A DNA stretch of 64,000 nt, from the NCBI GenBank assembly GCA_024346625.1, contig AP024666.1, forward strand, positions 1,426,001 to 1,490,000, in the 5' to 3' direction. Source of the DNA: Williopsis jadinii. Taxonomy: Eukaryota. The notes beneath the pieces are model-generated. The model ran no database searches. It saw only the letters and a list, made by a program, of their open reading frames with translations, and was not told the DNA's origin. Below are positions 36,048-48,674 of the stretch, piece by piece (position 1 is the stretch's first letter; every line of letters begins with the position of its first letter). The translations under genes were made by a program, and so were the position numbers.

Positions 36048-39000
36048 TTTCGGTGCGTGTGCGGGTGGTGTGTTGGAACTATGGAGCCTGCGACTTGAAT
36101 ATGTTGTTGGAAACAGTGGATGTCAAATCCTCAATTGGGCAGTAGCTTGTGCAAGACGATTGGAACGAGGGGATTGGCCGTTCCTTTTATGCTGCTCTAG
36201 AAACCTTTTTATAGGGGAAGGAGAAGGTTAAAAGAGAGAGAAAGATACGTCGAAAAATTACTTAGACCCCATTCAGGTCGTGCTGAACGAGGACTGAACG
36301 AGCGGTTGGAATCGCCCACCGCGTAGAAGGACTACATTCTGGCAGGCGCGCGCGCGAGGGAAAGACCGTCAGAAGGGACTAGGTCTGAAGATGGCGGGAC
36401 TCGGGAGAAAGGAGTTCACGCCAGGTCGGTTGGGAAAACATGGGAGCTGGGTTATGAAGCGATGGGGCCACGAGACTAACCGTTACGCGTCTCGTCGAAA
36501 TCCGGATCTTATCGGGACTTATTTTGCCGGCGATGGATTTCGCACTCGGTGTGGTTCGCAAGACTTTGGGACTTTTGTGCTTTTTTTTTGTTGGTTAATG
36601 GGATCACAACCATTTTGTTGGGAAATGGTCTCTAGAGAATGATTGGGGCTCCAAAGCCGAGTCGATTTAGTGCACATAATAGTAGAAGGCCAATAGTCAC
36701 GTGTGGGATATCCACATTCGATCTATACAACCTGCCTTGTTAGAAACACATTCTCTGTTGGTTGGCAACGGGAAAAGTAACTTACAAAAGGCAACCAGTA
36801 CAAAAGCCTGAATTGGCATTTCCCTCAATTCTGGCGCCCGTGGTCTAATGCGAGTCCCCAAGTCTTCCAAGTCCCTAAACGTCTCCACAGATTGCTGCTG
36901 ACAAGTGTGTGATAAATCCCACTGTTGTCATTGGAGCAATGGAAGTGCACCAAATAGCAGATGACACATTCGCAGATGGAACGGCCTTAATGACCCCGAA
37001 TTGTAGGTCGGTTTGATGGGATTTTTTTCCTCTCTCTCCCATTCCTTCCCTAACCTGGTGTTCAGCCTAATGATAAGAGATCGGTACAAATTACTACGTC
37101 ACGGCTTGGAGGTTGTCAAATAGGGTAGCATTGGGGACGACGGCTTCCAACGTCTTGCCCCTCTGGCCTCTTCCAGCTTGCCCCTCCATGAACGCATCTA
37201 AGCTTTATTATCGGAACCGTTGAACGTTAAACCACTCAAGTGCTCTTGGTGGGACTGCCGGTCGCCAATTGCCCCCATCGTGTGGGTCACTTGGAAGTAA
37301 GTTGATAAGCAACCTCACCGCTTTGTCAGACCCTTCGGTGTGTCATTCGTTTTTAGACCTTTTACCCCAGTTTTTTTAACTTTAGGTCTGTTTTTAAACC
37401 TTCTTTTATCGGCGTCCTAAGCGGAGCAAAGTGACGTTTGCAGTGACGAGACTTGTTGATGGACTAATTGACTCTGGCCCCGGTTATACGATGTGTTGGA
37501 CATAGATGCCAAAGTCAGCTGGTGTCTAAGTTGAATGAATTCGGCGCCCAAGTGCGTCATTCGCTACCTTTCACGTTCATTTATGAAACGAACCTGGTAA
37601 GTCAAACCTCCTGAGCTGGAGGAGGAACTCAAAAGTTCCAACTCTCACGCTTGATGAGCAGGATGTTATGTAGGACCTGCGACGGGTTATTTGATCAACA
37701 GTCCATCCAGAGTCAGATGAAAGGGAGGGCTGGAACTCACGACGCACAACGCTGGAAGATAAGAGCCAGGATAAAAGGATATGCCACACAGCCATTAAAA
37801 TTCACCTTAGAGACTTGGAAGGAACTTTCTGATGTAGGCCATAACTGGAGGACGTCTCCTAATCACGTGAAATTGGAAGATGTTACGGCATTGTATTATT
37901 GGACTGCAAGCAATATGGCTGCTGTTATAGTTGCGAATTATTCACAGATTGGGTGTTAATACCGTTGCGGAAATACAGTTTTGTTGATGAGCACTGACCG
38001 TGCACATCCATTGCGACCAATTACGATAAGAGAGGTCACATTCGTATATATTTCTGTCTCATATCGCTTTTACAGTTGAGAGTTGGAACCCCCGGCTATA
38101 TATTCAACTACAAATTTATGACAGGCATCGTGCGTTCTTAATTGAAGACACATTGAGCATTCACACTGGAATCGGTTCATGTTTTACACTCGCAGTTTCA
38201 CACTCTGTCGAAATGAGGATATCCATGTGGCAAGTGCTGTATTGTGAGAAGCCCAGTATCGATCTGGCGCACCTGATAAACAAAGCACCTGCTTACAGCT
38301 CCCTTCAGTACTTTTATGCCAAGTATTACCTACTTTTCCGCTCAGAACAGCCCCCAGCACCCAATTGATCACGCCTGGATCAGGAAGGAGCAATTATGTG
38401 TCTACCAGCTTTCTTTGAAACCAACAGATAGCGAATCAGACGCCAGGAATGCCATTCCAAGCCTTCTTTCTGTCCCAGCCTGTAACTTTCCTTGTGTGTG
38501 ACTGTGCCACTGTGAAGTGTGTAACCTGCCCGGCAATTCAAAAACACTCGTGCATAAAACACTCAGCGACACTTCACAGAGAGTTGTAGGCTTAGGAGCT
38601 CCCACCAACAAGCCTCTATATATAAAGGCATCAAAGCCCATTCGCAAGAACCACTACAGATTGCCGTTTTCCGTGCAAGCCATGGCACGGAGAATAATCT
38701 CACCACAGGGAGGCGCAGAAGCCCCTCGGCAACCCGTCCCAATACAGACAAGGACCAAGCGAAGTTTATCGGTGTTAGGGAAACCCCGACAATTAACACC
38801 ACCTATCACGAGATTGCTTCCAGTATCGCAGTACTAAAGCGTGCGCCACCGCAAGAATACCGGCCACTGTAGTAGGAAGCGAGGGGGAATCCCACTACGA
38901 CTGTCCATAAGTACACGAAGAATTCAGAAATTAGGCAATCACTGGAAATGAGAAGATTTCCAGCCAGTTTAGGCTGAAATGTCGTAAGCCCTCTTTTCGG

Positions 39001-39247
39001 CGTCTCGGTGAACGTTGCAGAGGCAAGGAGATATTTTCTCCTTTACGAAAAGGGCTTGTACAGCGATCTTTGGGAAGGAGCACACAAGGAGTGCGTTTTA
39101 GGGTGTTATACCCAAGTGTAAGCCCTGTAGAGCTGCTTTATAAATTGTGACATGTTTCTGTGCCATTTCACGTTTGGTTTCTTAGCTCTCTTTCTCCTCC
39201 TGTTGTTTGTCTAGTCCCAGTAACTATCCACAGAATATCTAAACAGT

Positions 39248-40843
39248 ATGATGTTTAAGCTGTCAACGTTGTTGGCCATCGCCTCATCGGTCATTGCTGC
39301 TGAAGCCGATGGCTCCCCATTCAAACCCCCAAGCGTCGAAGATGCCGCTATTTACGCAAGAACCCTGGTCAAGAGAGAGTCCTTGACAAACGTCAACACC
39401 ATTTCACACTCTGGTAGCAGTGAAGGTAAGCCAGTGTCATTTGTCGAGTACTACGCAGACTGCGGTGATGGTAACCCGGTTTTGCTTGCGATCGATATGT
39501 CCACCTCGTACAAGAACTATGCCAGCGGCTCACCAGCCACATTGTCCATCAGAGTCGGTGATCATCCGTTGAACGAGCACGTCAACCCAAAGTACCCAGG
39601 ATCTCGTCCAAACTCCGTTGCAGGTTCTCCAAGAATCAATTTGAGAGGTTCTTTTGTTAACGTCACCACGGAAGAGCTGCCTCAGTTGGAGGCTTGCTTC
39701 CTCGAACGCCATAGGGACGCCCGCTGGTGGTTGCCAGGTAACCCAATCCACAGTTCGCACTTTGTCAAGTTTGAAGTTGATGGTGTTTACTTCTTAGGTG
39801 GATTCGGAGACACTGGTTATATTGGTGAGATCCCATCGGACTTGTACCTCAACGCTACTACATTGAGAGACCAACCACCACACGGAGAGCCACCACACGG
39901 AAAGCCACCACATGAGGAATCTCCAAAGGAGGATGAGTTCAAGAAGCACAGTGAATTGGTCCTCAACAAGATCCAGGGATTCATCAATGAGTTGACTCAA
40001 TTGAAAGACTCAAAGGCTGAAAACAACGAGTTGAAGCCAAGAGTGATTTCATTGGAGAACGAAGACAAACATATCACTGATATCCTTAGAAGACATGCCG
40101 CAGAGGAGGAAAATATTGACCTCAGTACCTTGAGTCTTGAACAAATCAACTCTATCTCAGAGCAAATGGTCGAGTTGAAGAAGAACGTTGTCAATTTCGT
40201 TGAAACCCACATGGAACGTGAGAGACGTGATGAGCGTATGAAAGATAACTCTCGTGTGAAGTTCATGATTGAGGCCGGTATCGCAGATGACGTTCATCAC
40301 AGACGTGTTGCAGACTATCACAGACGTGTTGCAGACCATCACAGACGTGTTGTAGACCATCACGGAGGTCCAAGAAGAGCCGGTCTTATCAGTCGTGTTA
40401 AGGGGTTCTTTGGTCTTGATAAACCAGAATTTGATATCACTCAATACGATGAAGACGAGAGATCTCCAAGATTCCACAGAAGACCACATGGTTCTAGAAG
40501 ACCTCATAGACCAGAAGGCGGTGAGTTTGAGAGACCACACAAACCAGAAGGCGGTGAGTTTGAGAGACCTCACAGACCAGAAGGCGGTGAGTTTGAGAGA
40601 CCACACAGACCAGAAGGCGGTGAGTTTGAGAGACCACACAGACCAGAAGGTGGTGAGTTCGAGAGACCACACAGACCAGAAGGTGGTGAAACGACTCATA
40701 GATTGAACAAGGGAATCCCACATGCAAAACCAGGCGTCTACTCCTCAGAGGAAGTGTTCAGAGCTCACCATCCGAACATGGAAGTCCCAGAGGCGGCCAA
40801 GAACGGATTCTCTATTGTCTTGAATCAAAATGATCACGAGTAA
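39248..40843 (+). CDS. Secreted CREG-like/pyridoxamine-oxidase-fold (FMN split-barrel) protein with repetitive C-terminal extension
   Basis: Signal peptide; ARTLV, FVEYYADC, GSPRINLRG, CFLERHRDARWWLPG, YFLGGFGD..YIGEI match the fungal CREG-like family (from recall). Confidence 0.8.
   Translation: MMFKLSTLLAIASSVIAAEADGSPFKPPSVEDAAIYARTLVKRESLTNVNTISHSGSSEGKPVSFVEYYADCGDGNPVLLAIDMSTSYKNYASGSPATLSIRVGDHPLNEHVNPKYPGSRPNSVAGSPRINLRGSFVNVTTEELPQLEACFLERHRDARWWLPGNPIHSSHFVKFEVDGVYFLGGFGDTGYIGEIPSDLYLNATTLRDQPPHGEPPHGKPPHEESPKEDEFKKHSELVLNKIQGFINELTQLKDSKAENNELKPRVISLENEDKHITDILRRHAAEEENIDLSTLSLEQINSISEQMVELKKNVVNFVETHMERERRDERMKDNSRVKFMIEAGIADDVHHRRVADYHRRVADHHRRVVDHHGGPRRAGLISRVKGFFGLDKPEFDITQYDEDERSPRFHRRPHGSRRPHRPEGGEFERPHKPEGGEFERPHRPEGGEFERPHRPEGGEFERPHRPEGGEFERPHRPEGGETTHRLNKGIPHAKPGVYSSEEVFRAHHPNMEVPEAAKNGFSIVLNQNDHE
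40295..40363 (+). repeat. 21-bp coding repeat x3 (HHRRVAD)
   Basis: catcacagacgtgttgcagac-type units. Confidence 0.9.
40499..40690 (+). repeat. 33-bp coding repeat x5.8 (RPHRPEGGEFE)
   Basis: agaccacacagaccagaaggcggtgagtttgag units. Confidence 0.95.
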
Positions 40844-41033
40844 TCTACGATTCAACCTATTTAGCAGATCCTCCCAATTTTTGCTCTTTTTTTTAATTAT
40901 GATATGACACTACGATAACTACACCTACAAGGTGCTGAGGCTTTTAACTATTCTTATAAGAACAAATGCTGATATTTTATATGCATCTTTTTGTATTTCC
41001 CTTGTTCTATTAGTGTAGGAAGAATCAATGAAC

Positions 41034-41912
41034 TTAGACAGTACCCACCACTCTTCCTTCACCTGGGAAACCTCCAGAAGCAGTTTCACCAGATTCAAGA
41101 GTCACCGGTTCGAACAACGACACGTATTCACCTTGTTCTCTTAGATGTTTCGCGTCGACTTCTTTGTAATACGTGAATGCCGATGGAATCAAGTCGATCA
41201 ACTTTTCGAGTTTTGACTCAATCCATTCAATAACTTTTGAAGGTGGTACCAGCACATCCATATACTTGAAGGAATACGCGTAGCCGACAACAACGGCGAA
41301 TAGATGACCCATGAAACTTGATCCTGGCATTAGCAAGCCGACGAGAAGCACCAAGATCAAAGGGGTATATAGTGTAGGGATGGAGTACTGAGGCGTCACT
41401 CTAAACGTCGGTTTAATCAGCGATTCCTTGTATGCAAAGAATGTGATGAACGAGAAGAACCAGCCTGAGGAGCCCAGCACTTTAGTGTTGGGCCATAGAT
41501 AGTAACCAAAGACACAGTATGGGATGGCAGTGAACACTGCAAACAGGTTAAGCATAACTCCGGTGTAAACAGTACCATGAGAACGTTCAAATTTCGACAA
41601 TGGGGTCATCAGACCCAGGATGTTGAAGATGACATGGAGAATAGAGACGTGGCCCAACGGGTACAGCGAGATACGGTTAACTATGTATGGGTGTTAGACA
41701 GATGACATCAAACATCAGGGACGGATATACTCACGATCCAACGTAAACAGCGAGTCCGTGTTCAGAGCCAGCGCCTTGTTGATACCAAAGATACTGTTCA
41801 TTATGAACATAAACACCAAAAAGACGCTCAGGCCCGCCGTCAGAGCCGGAGGGCTCCCACCATTAGAGCGAAGAAAATGATCCTTGATGGATTCAAACGA
41901 GAATGACGACAT
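41034..41912 (-). CDS. RBD2: Rhomboid-like protease Rbd2 (274 aa); exons 41912-41735, 41680-41034
   Basis: Spliced LFTLDL|NRISLYPLGH..HVIFN; catalytic GSSGW and SSFMGH. The 54-nt intron reads GTGAGT..TCTAAC..TAG. Near the NSL1-VMA11-RVB2 block. Confidence 0.88.
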
Positions 41913-41965
41913 TTGCTTCTGCTAATATGGTCAACAAGGCTGTTGCTATGGTTGTTGTTTATTCA

Positions 41966-42017
41966 TTTGTTTGTTTGTTTGTTTGTTTGTTTGTTTGTTT
42001 GTTTGTTTGTTTGTTTG
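41966..42017. repeat. (TTTG)13 microsatellite upstream of RBD2
   Basis: Perfect TTTG array. Confidence 0.97.
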
Positions 42018-42290
42018 TGGTTTGTTGATGTTTGCCCGAAAGGTTAGGTAGGGTTACTGCTCTGTCCGCCATCCATTGCAGTTATATCAGAGGCCTACTT
42101 TCTGGAAGGCAGAAGTTGATTATATAATGGGCCTGATGGACCATGGACTCTATAACCAAACGGAGATGGAACAACATTTTAATGAATATCATTATCATAA
42201 CATTACCACGGTTATACGGTGCTCTAGGAAGTTTACAATTTTGAGCCAGCAGCATGGCAACTCCTTACACGTTAAGAACCAAGGACCGAA

Positions 42291-43051
42291 TCATTTCTTC
42301 TCCAGGATGAACTTTGTTATCTGATTCAACTTACTCAGTTCGTCTCTCTGTTTGGGTATTTCCTGTAGTATTGTTAGTCTATACAAGCACAGGGGAAGTG
42401 AAGAGACGGAAATATACGTACATCTCTGATCTCCTTTAAGGAATGAAGGGAATCTGCGTATTCCCTTGTCATTTCATCCAATTTCGGTCTTAGGCTTTGC
42501 ACTTTATCCATATGTGCATCCAGTTCGGTATCCCTCGAGTCCTCCTCCTCCTCCAACGCTTCGATTTCCCTCTCTAAGGAGTGTAGCTTCTCCATCGAGC
42601 TGTTAAAGCTCTCTTCATAGCTTCTCTTTAAAGATTGTGGTTTTTCCCTACGAAGCTTCGTGAGTCTCATCGTCTCATCTTCAACCTCCTGGTACAGCTT
42701 CCTCACCTCCTCCTGTAGTGCAAAGTCAAAAGGCTCAACTTCTTTGCAGTTATAGTTAGTCATTGAGTCCCAGTAAACAAGACACCGCCAGTACGTACCG
42801 TTTGTTGGATTCTCAAGCATCGACCTTAGACTGACAGACCGATCCATGCCGTCAATCTCCATCCCATCTTTACTGCGTTCGAATATCTCGTAGATGAAAT
42901 CATCAACCAGAGAGAAGACTTTACTCTTCAAGGCATCTTTATCGTCTGCGTTCGGCAAGTACAGATCCAACTTGTTCTTAGCCTCTTTCGACAGCGCCGC
43001 TTGTAGATGCTTAACGTCTGCCAATGCAAGTGCTACCTTCTGCTGCTCCAT
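42291..43051 (-). CDS. NSL1: MIND/Mis12 kinetochore subunit Nsl1/Mis14 (214 aa); exons 43051-42799, 42741-42422, 42362-42291
   Basis: KLDLYLP, EVEPFD..L..EVR.LY..VE..T..L..LRR motifs. Introns GTACGT..GACTAAC..AAG (57 nt) and GTACGT..GACTAAC..CAG (59 nt). Divergent from VMA11 as YPL233W/234C. Confidence 0.87.
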
Positions 43052-43379
43052 TTACCCCTTCTTCGCCGTCAAATCAAAGACAGAACAACTGGAAAGGTAA
43101 ACATCACACGAAAGTCATCGTTTGTCTTTGGTTTGTTTACATTTTTGGCGTATACACCATCCGTTCTGAAATTTACGCTGTACCCTGTGTAAATACCATA
43201 TCAGAAACAGCTGCCGCGAAAATTGCCTGTTATGGACAAAATTCATCACCAGCGAAAACAGCAGCCAAAACCAAAGGGGAAAACCCGTACAACAACACAA
43301 AAGAGAAGATTGGTCCTTCTTCTTCTTCTCGTTCAACTGTTTTGCTTTGCACTACTATACACCATTTGGGAAGTTAGAA

Positions 43380-43996
43380 ATGTATGTTTGTAGTGCTACG
43401 AGCTGGTTTAGATGAACGTTACTAACGAGCGGGCTTTTGTGCCTTGGAACAGGTCGGAAGCTTCTGAATTGGCCCCAGGATTTGCTCCTTTCTTTGGCTT
43501 TGCAGGGTGAGTGTTCTTGAGCCCATTGATTGTAAACGTACTGACCAAACACACGCGTGATAACAGATGTGCAGCTGCGATGGTTCTCTCATGTGCCGGT
43601 GCTGCGTATGGAACTGCAAAATCAGGTATAGGTATTGCCGGTATTGGTACTTTTAAGCCTGAACTCATCATGAAGTCTCTAATTCCAGTGGTTATGAGTG
43701 GTATCTTGGCTGTTTATGGGTTGGTTGTTTCTGTCCTGATCGCTGGTGGGCTATCGCCTACAGAGGAGTACACATTGTTCAACGGCTTCATGCATTTGGC
43801 CTGTGGATTGAGTGTTGGATTTGCATGTCTGGCTTCAGGTTATGCCATTGGTGTCGTTGGCGATGAGGGAGTGCGGAAGTTCATGCACCAGCCAAGGCTA
43901 TTCGTTGGTATCGTGTTGATTCTCATCTTTGCAGAAGTGTTGGGATTGTACGGCATGATCATTGCTCTAATCTTGAACACAAAGGGCTCTGGTTGA
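43380..43996 (+). CDS. VMA11: V-ATPase proteolipid subunit c' (161 aa); exons 43380-43381, 43453-43506, 43567-43996
   Basis: Spliced [45 protein letters not shown]. Introns GTATGT..TACTAAC..CAG and GTGAGT..TACTGAC..CAG. Confidence 0.93.
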
Positions 43997-44147
43997 GATA
44001 TTTTATACATACAAGTCATGAACAAGAAGCACACCACCAAAAGGAATGAAAAAAGAGCTGGATTTATCTAGATATTGGGTTTGAAATCCCTTTGTAGCTT
44101 ATACGATACAGATTCTTTAGTTTTATTATAGATGGGCAGTATACAAA

Positions 44148-45617
<1,470 letters not shown>

Positions 45618-45905
45618 GCTTCCTTTCAGCGTTCTGTTTTCCTCTTGTTAACTCCTATGCGGCAGATGCTTTGTTGATGTTGTTCAATTTTCAAGTGTTT
45701 GTAAATTTTTAAGACATTTTTCCCCTTCTCGAACTTCTTCCTCGGATTTCCCTGGGACATCTTTCCACAAAAAGTCCCAGACAGGGTGGGATTTTGACCA
45801 AAGGGGACTAGGCGCCAAAGGACTGGACATTCAAGGGACTGGACGTTTAAGGACAATTCCACGGGACAGGACAAGGAGTGCTGATAGATTCTTTAAACAG
45901 AGAAG

Positions 45906-46997
45906 ATGTCCTTTCTACTACAATGCTTGCCATGTTTTGATTCCCCAGCTGTTTTACGCATAAACAAGGCGCAGTTCAAGATCCTCAAGCTATTAGGAGA
46001 AGGTGGGTTCAGCTATGTCTACGAAGTCCAGGCTTCTTCTAACGGTGCGGCGTATGCGCTGAAGAAGATACGTTGTCCCTTTGGAGCTGAGAGTGTTAAA
46101 GTGGCGATGAAGGAGGTTCACAACTACAAGGAGTTCCATTCCCCATATATCATCCGTGCAGTGGATTCGAGCGTTGTTCAAGAGGAGGATGGGTCGAAAA
46201 CGGTTTACATTCTTCTGCCCTACTTTGATAGCTCTTTGCAAGATTTGATAAACAAGAATGTCATCGAGAATACGCATATGAGTGAAGAGGAAGCGACACG
46301 GATCTTCATAGGGATGTGTCGTGGAGTTCAGGCCATGCATAGACACCACGTCCAACAACAAGGGCCGTCTATGGATGATCCAATGGAGCTGGGGGAGAAC
46401 ACCGAGGCAGACGCCCTACTGGATACTTCGTCTACAAACGACAATTCCACCTTGAGTACCACGCCCCCCTTGGACGATGACGATGAGGACCACATCGAAC
46501 TCACAGAGCTACAAGATACAGTGGCTTTTGCACATAAGGATATCAAGCCGGCTAATGTCATGATCTCGAAAGACGGCATGCCAGTGCTCTGCGACCTGGG
46601 CAGCTGCTCCAAAGCCAGAGTCAAAGTTAAGACCAGAAGCATGGCAGTTGCCTTGCAAGAACTAGCAGCTGAGCACTGCACGCTGCCTTACAGAGCCCCA
46701 GAGTTGTTAGATGTGAAGACCGGGTCCACCATCGACGAAAAGATCGATATATGGTCCCTAGGATGCACACTGTACGCGTTAATGTACGGCTCTTCGCCCT
46801 TTGAGAGGGAGGAGAACATAAGCGGCGGCAGCATCACCATGGCCATATCGAACAACAAGTACTCGTTCCCTAACGATGACGACTACATCTATTCCGACAA
46901 GCTAAAGGCTCTGGTGTCCATGTGTCTCGTGGTTGATCCAGTTGAAAGACCAAGCATAGAGCAAGTGCTGGCAAAGGCCTTGGAAGTACAAGGCTGA
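45906..46997 (+). CDS. ENV7: Vacuolar Ser/Thr kinase Env7 (STK16 family)
   Basis: LGEGGFSYV, ALKKIRCPFG, HKDIKPAN, DLGS, HCTLPYRAPEL; N-terminal Cys pair; between RVB2 and SUI3. Confidence 0.92.
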   Translation: MSFLLQCLPCFDSPAVLRINKAQFKILKLLGEGGFSYVYEVQASSNGAAYALKKIRCPFGAESVKVAMKEVHNYKEFHSPYIIRAVDSSVVQEEDGSKTVYILLPYFDSSLQDLINKNVIENTHMSEEEATRIFIGMCRGVQAMHRHHVQQQGPSMDDPMELGENTEADALLDTSSTNDNSTLSTTPPLDDDDEDHIELTELQDTVAFAHKDIKPANVMISKDGMPVLCDLGSCSKARVKVKTRSMAVALQELAAEHCTLPYRAPELLDVKTGSTIDEKIDIWSLGCTLYALMYGSSPFEREENISGGSITMAISNNKYSFPNDDDYIYSDKLKALVSMCLVVDPVERPSIEQVLAKALEVQG

Positions 46998-47164
46998 CGT
47001 CTCTCTCGCTCTCTCTCTCACATAGATTACATAAAGCGCCTATCCAATACTTCACAAAGTTGTTTTCCCGTAGATTTTTAAAATCTCAAATTTCAAAAGG
47101 GAAAGGCAGCCACAATGCCACGTTGATGGAAACGTAAACATTGAGTGCTTCACCAGGGCGGCAA

Positions 47165-47707
47165 ATGACTTCGTACCAGAACGTTTCAGAATCAGAGATC
47201 TCAGGCTACAACGACTGTCCGGTTGTCGAGTTCAACAAGTCTTCGAACGGCGGGAAGCCCAGAAGAAGAGTTGTGAGCGGCCATCAGTTCGCCAATTCTC
47301 CAAGCTCATCGACCGCGTCGCTGGCCTCTCTCAGTTCGTCGACGAGCTCTTCACTGACTCCCCCTATGGGACCGAGACCTGGTGGTTCTAAGAGAGTGCC
47401 TTCATCAGCAGCTTCAGAGCCAACGAGCGTGATCTCCAAAGAGGCCGTTCAGGCGAAGTTGGATGAACTGTTCAGTTTAACTAGTTCGCTTCCTGAGCGT
47501 GAGCTGACCCACTATAAGAATAAACTACAAGATGCCTTGTCCCGAGGCACGATCAAACAGCAATGGTACTCTATAGTGGTTGAGAGCATCGACAACTATA
47601 AGGATACCGATCGTGTAAAGAATAAGCTTATCCAGTTTATGCTGCACAACGATGGGACCACTTCCTGGGGAACTCCCTTGAGGAAGCTATTGGAGAACGT
47701 CCAATAG
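47165..47707 (+). CDS. Hypothetical protein, Ser-rich N-terminus and SRA1/Sec31 C-terminal-like helical domain
   Basis: ATG at 47165; C-terminal FML..DGTTSWGTPLRKLLE resembles the SRA1-type W..LK.L ending (inference). Confidence 0.6.
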   Translation: MTSYQNVSESEISGYNDCPVVEFNKSSNGGKPRRRVVSGHQFANSPSSSTASLASLSSSTSSSLTPPMGPRPGGSKRVPSSAASEPTSVISKEAVQAKLDELFSLTSSLPERELTHYKNKLQDALSRGTIKQQWYSIVVESIDNYKDTDRVKNKLIQFMLHNDGTTSWGTPLRKLLENVQ

Positions 47708-47840
47708 CGCGTTACTTATTTAATTGTCACCAATACCACTAATTATTTAATAATACTGATATATACGCAGATATGATACACTCTACGACAGTGACATCGA
47801 TGGCTTTCCATGTATTTCTTTTGACTTGAATGACAGATTA

Positions 47841-48674
47841 TTAGACCTTCTTTCTTCTTCCAACATGGGCTTGGAAACCGGTCTTGATGGAGGAGACGGA
47901 TCTCGTTGAACCACATGAGTTACAGACCAAGAAGAACAATCTATTCGAACTCTCCTTCTTCAACTGAGTGTTAATGGACTTACACGTCTTACAAGTGACG
48001 TACTCGATGATGTATCTTCTCAAAACGTTCTCCAACTGCTTTGGTTGGAAACGACCTTTGATGATCAATCTCTTTTGACCGTCAACAGAACCAGAGGTAC
48101 CCAACTCTGCAAATAAGTACTGGATAAGATGCTCTGGAGATCTTTGTAGCTTCTCTGCAATTTCCTGTACGTTGGCAAAAGCAGTTCTCTTGGAACCCTC
48201 ACGTTGACAGATTGGGGGTGGGATTCTAAACTTGGTTCCACTTCTTTCACCGGCAAGCTCTGGGTTGTTCTCCTTAAGGATGGTGAAAAATCTATCTAGA
48301 AGTTCTTCATACGAAAGTCCGTATTGGGTCTGTGTTGAAGCTTCAACGGAACTCTCACGTTCAACGTTGGTCTCATCCAATACACCAGCCTTTTCCAATT
48401 GCTTATCGAAATCATCAGCGGTGACAGCTTTCTTCTTCTTCTTCTTTAATTTCAACTCCCCCAATGCATCTGTGAGCTCATCAACTGGTCCACTAGATTC
48501 ATCGCCACCAACGTCCACTTTAGCTGGTTTCTTCTTCTTCTTTTTCAACCCAGAGAGAACATCGTCAACTTCAGGGGTGGTCTCGTTACCACTTTCTTCA
48601 ACAGCCTTTGTTGGTTTCTTCTTCTTCTTCTTCAAAGTTGGGTCGAATCCCAAATCAACGTTCTCTTCAGCCAT
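47841..48674 (-). CDS. SUI3: Translation initiation factor eIF2 beta
   Basis: Three poly-Lys boxes; AELGTSGSVDG; C2-C2 Zn finger (CKTC..CNSC). Confidence 0.98.
   Translation of the reverse strand: MAEENVDLGFDPTLKKKKKKPTKAVEESGNETTPEVDDVLSGLKKKKKKPAKVDVGGDESSGPVDELTDALGELKLKKKKKKAVTADDFDKQLEKAGVLDETNVERESSVEASTQTQYGLSYEELLDRFFTILKENNPELAGERSGTKFRIPPPICQREGSKRTAFANVQEIAEKLQRSPEHLIQYLFAELGTSGSVDGQKRLIIKGRFQPKQLENVLRRYIIEYVTCKTCKSINTQLKKESSNRLFFLVCNSCGSTRSVSSIKTGFQAHVGRRKKV

Noticed and set aside
37577..37959. Protein-like 102-aa ORF in the ACS2 upstream spacer
   Set aside because: No recognisable motif or codon bias; length is compatible with chance.
40499..40690. CRISPR-like appearance of the 33-bp repeats
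   Set aside because: No unique spacers, in-frame coding repeats, and eukaryotic context.
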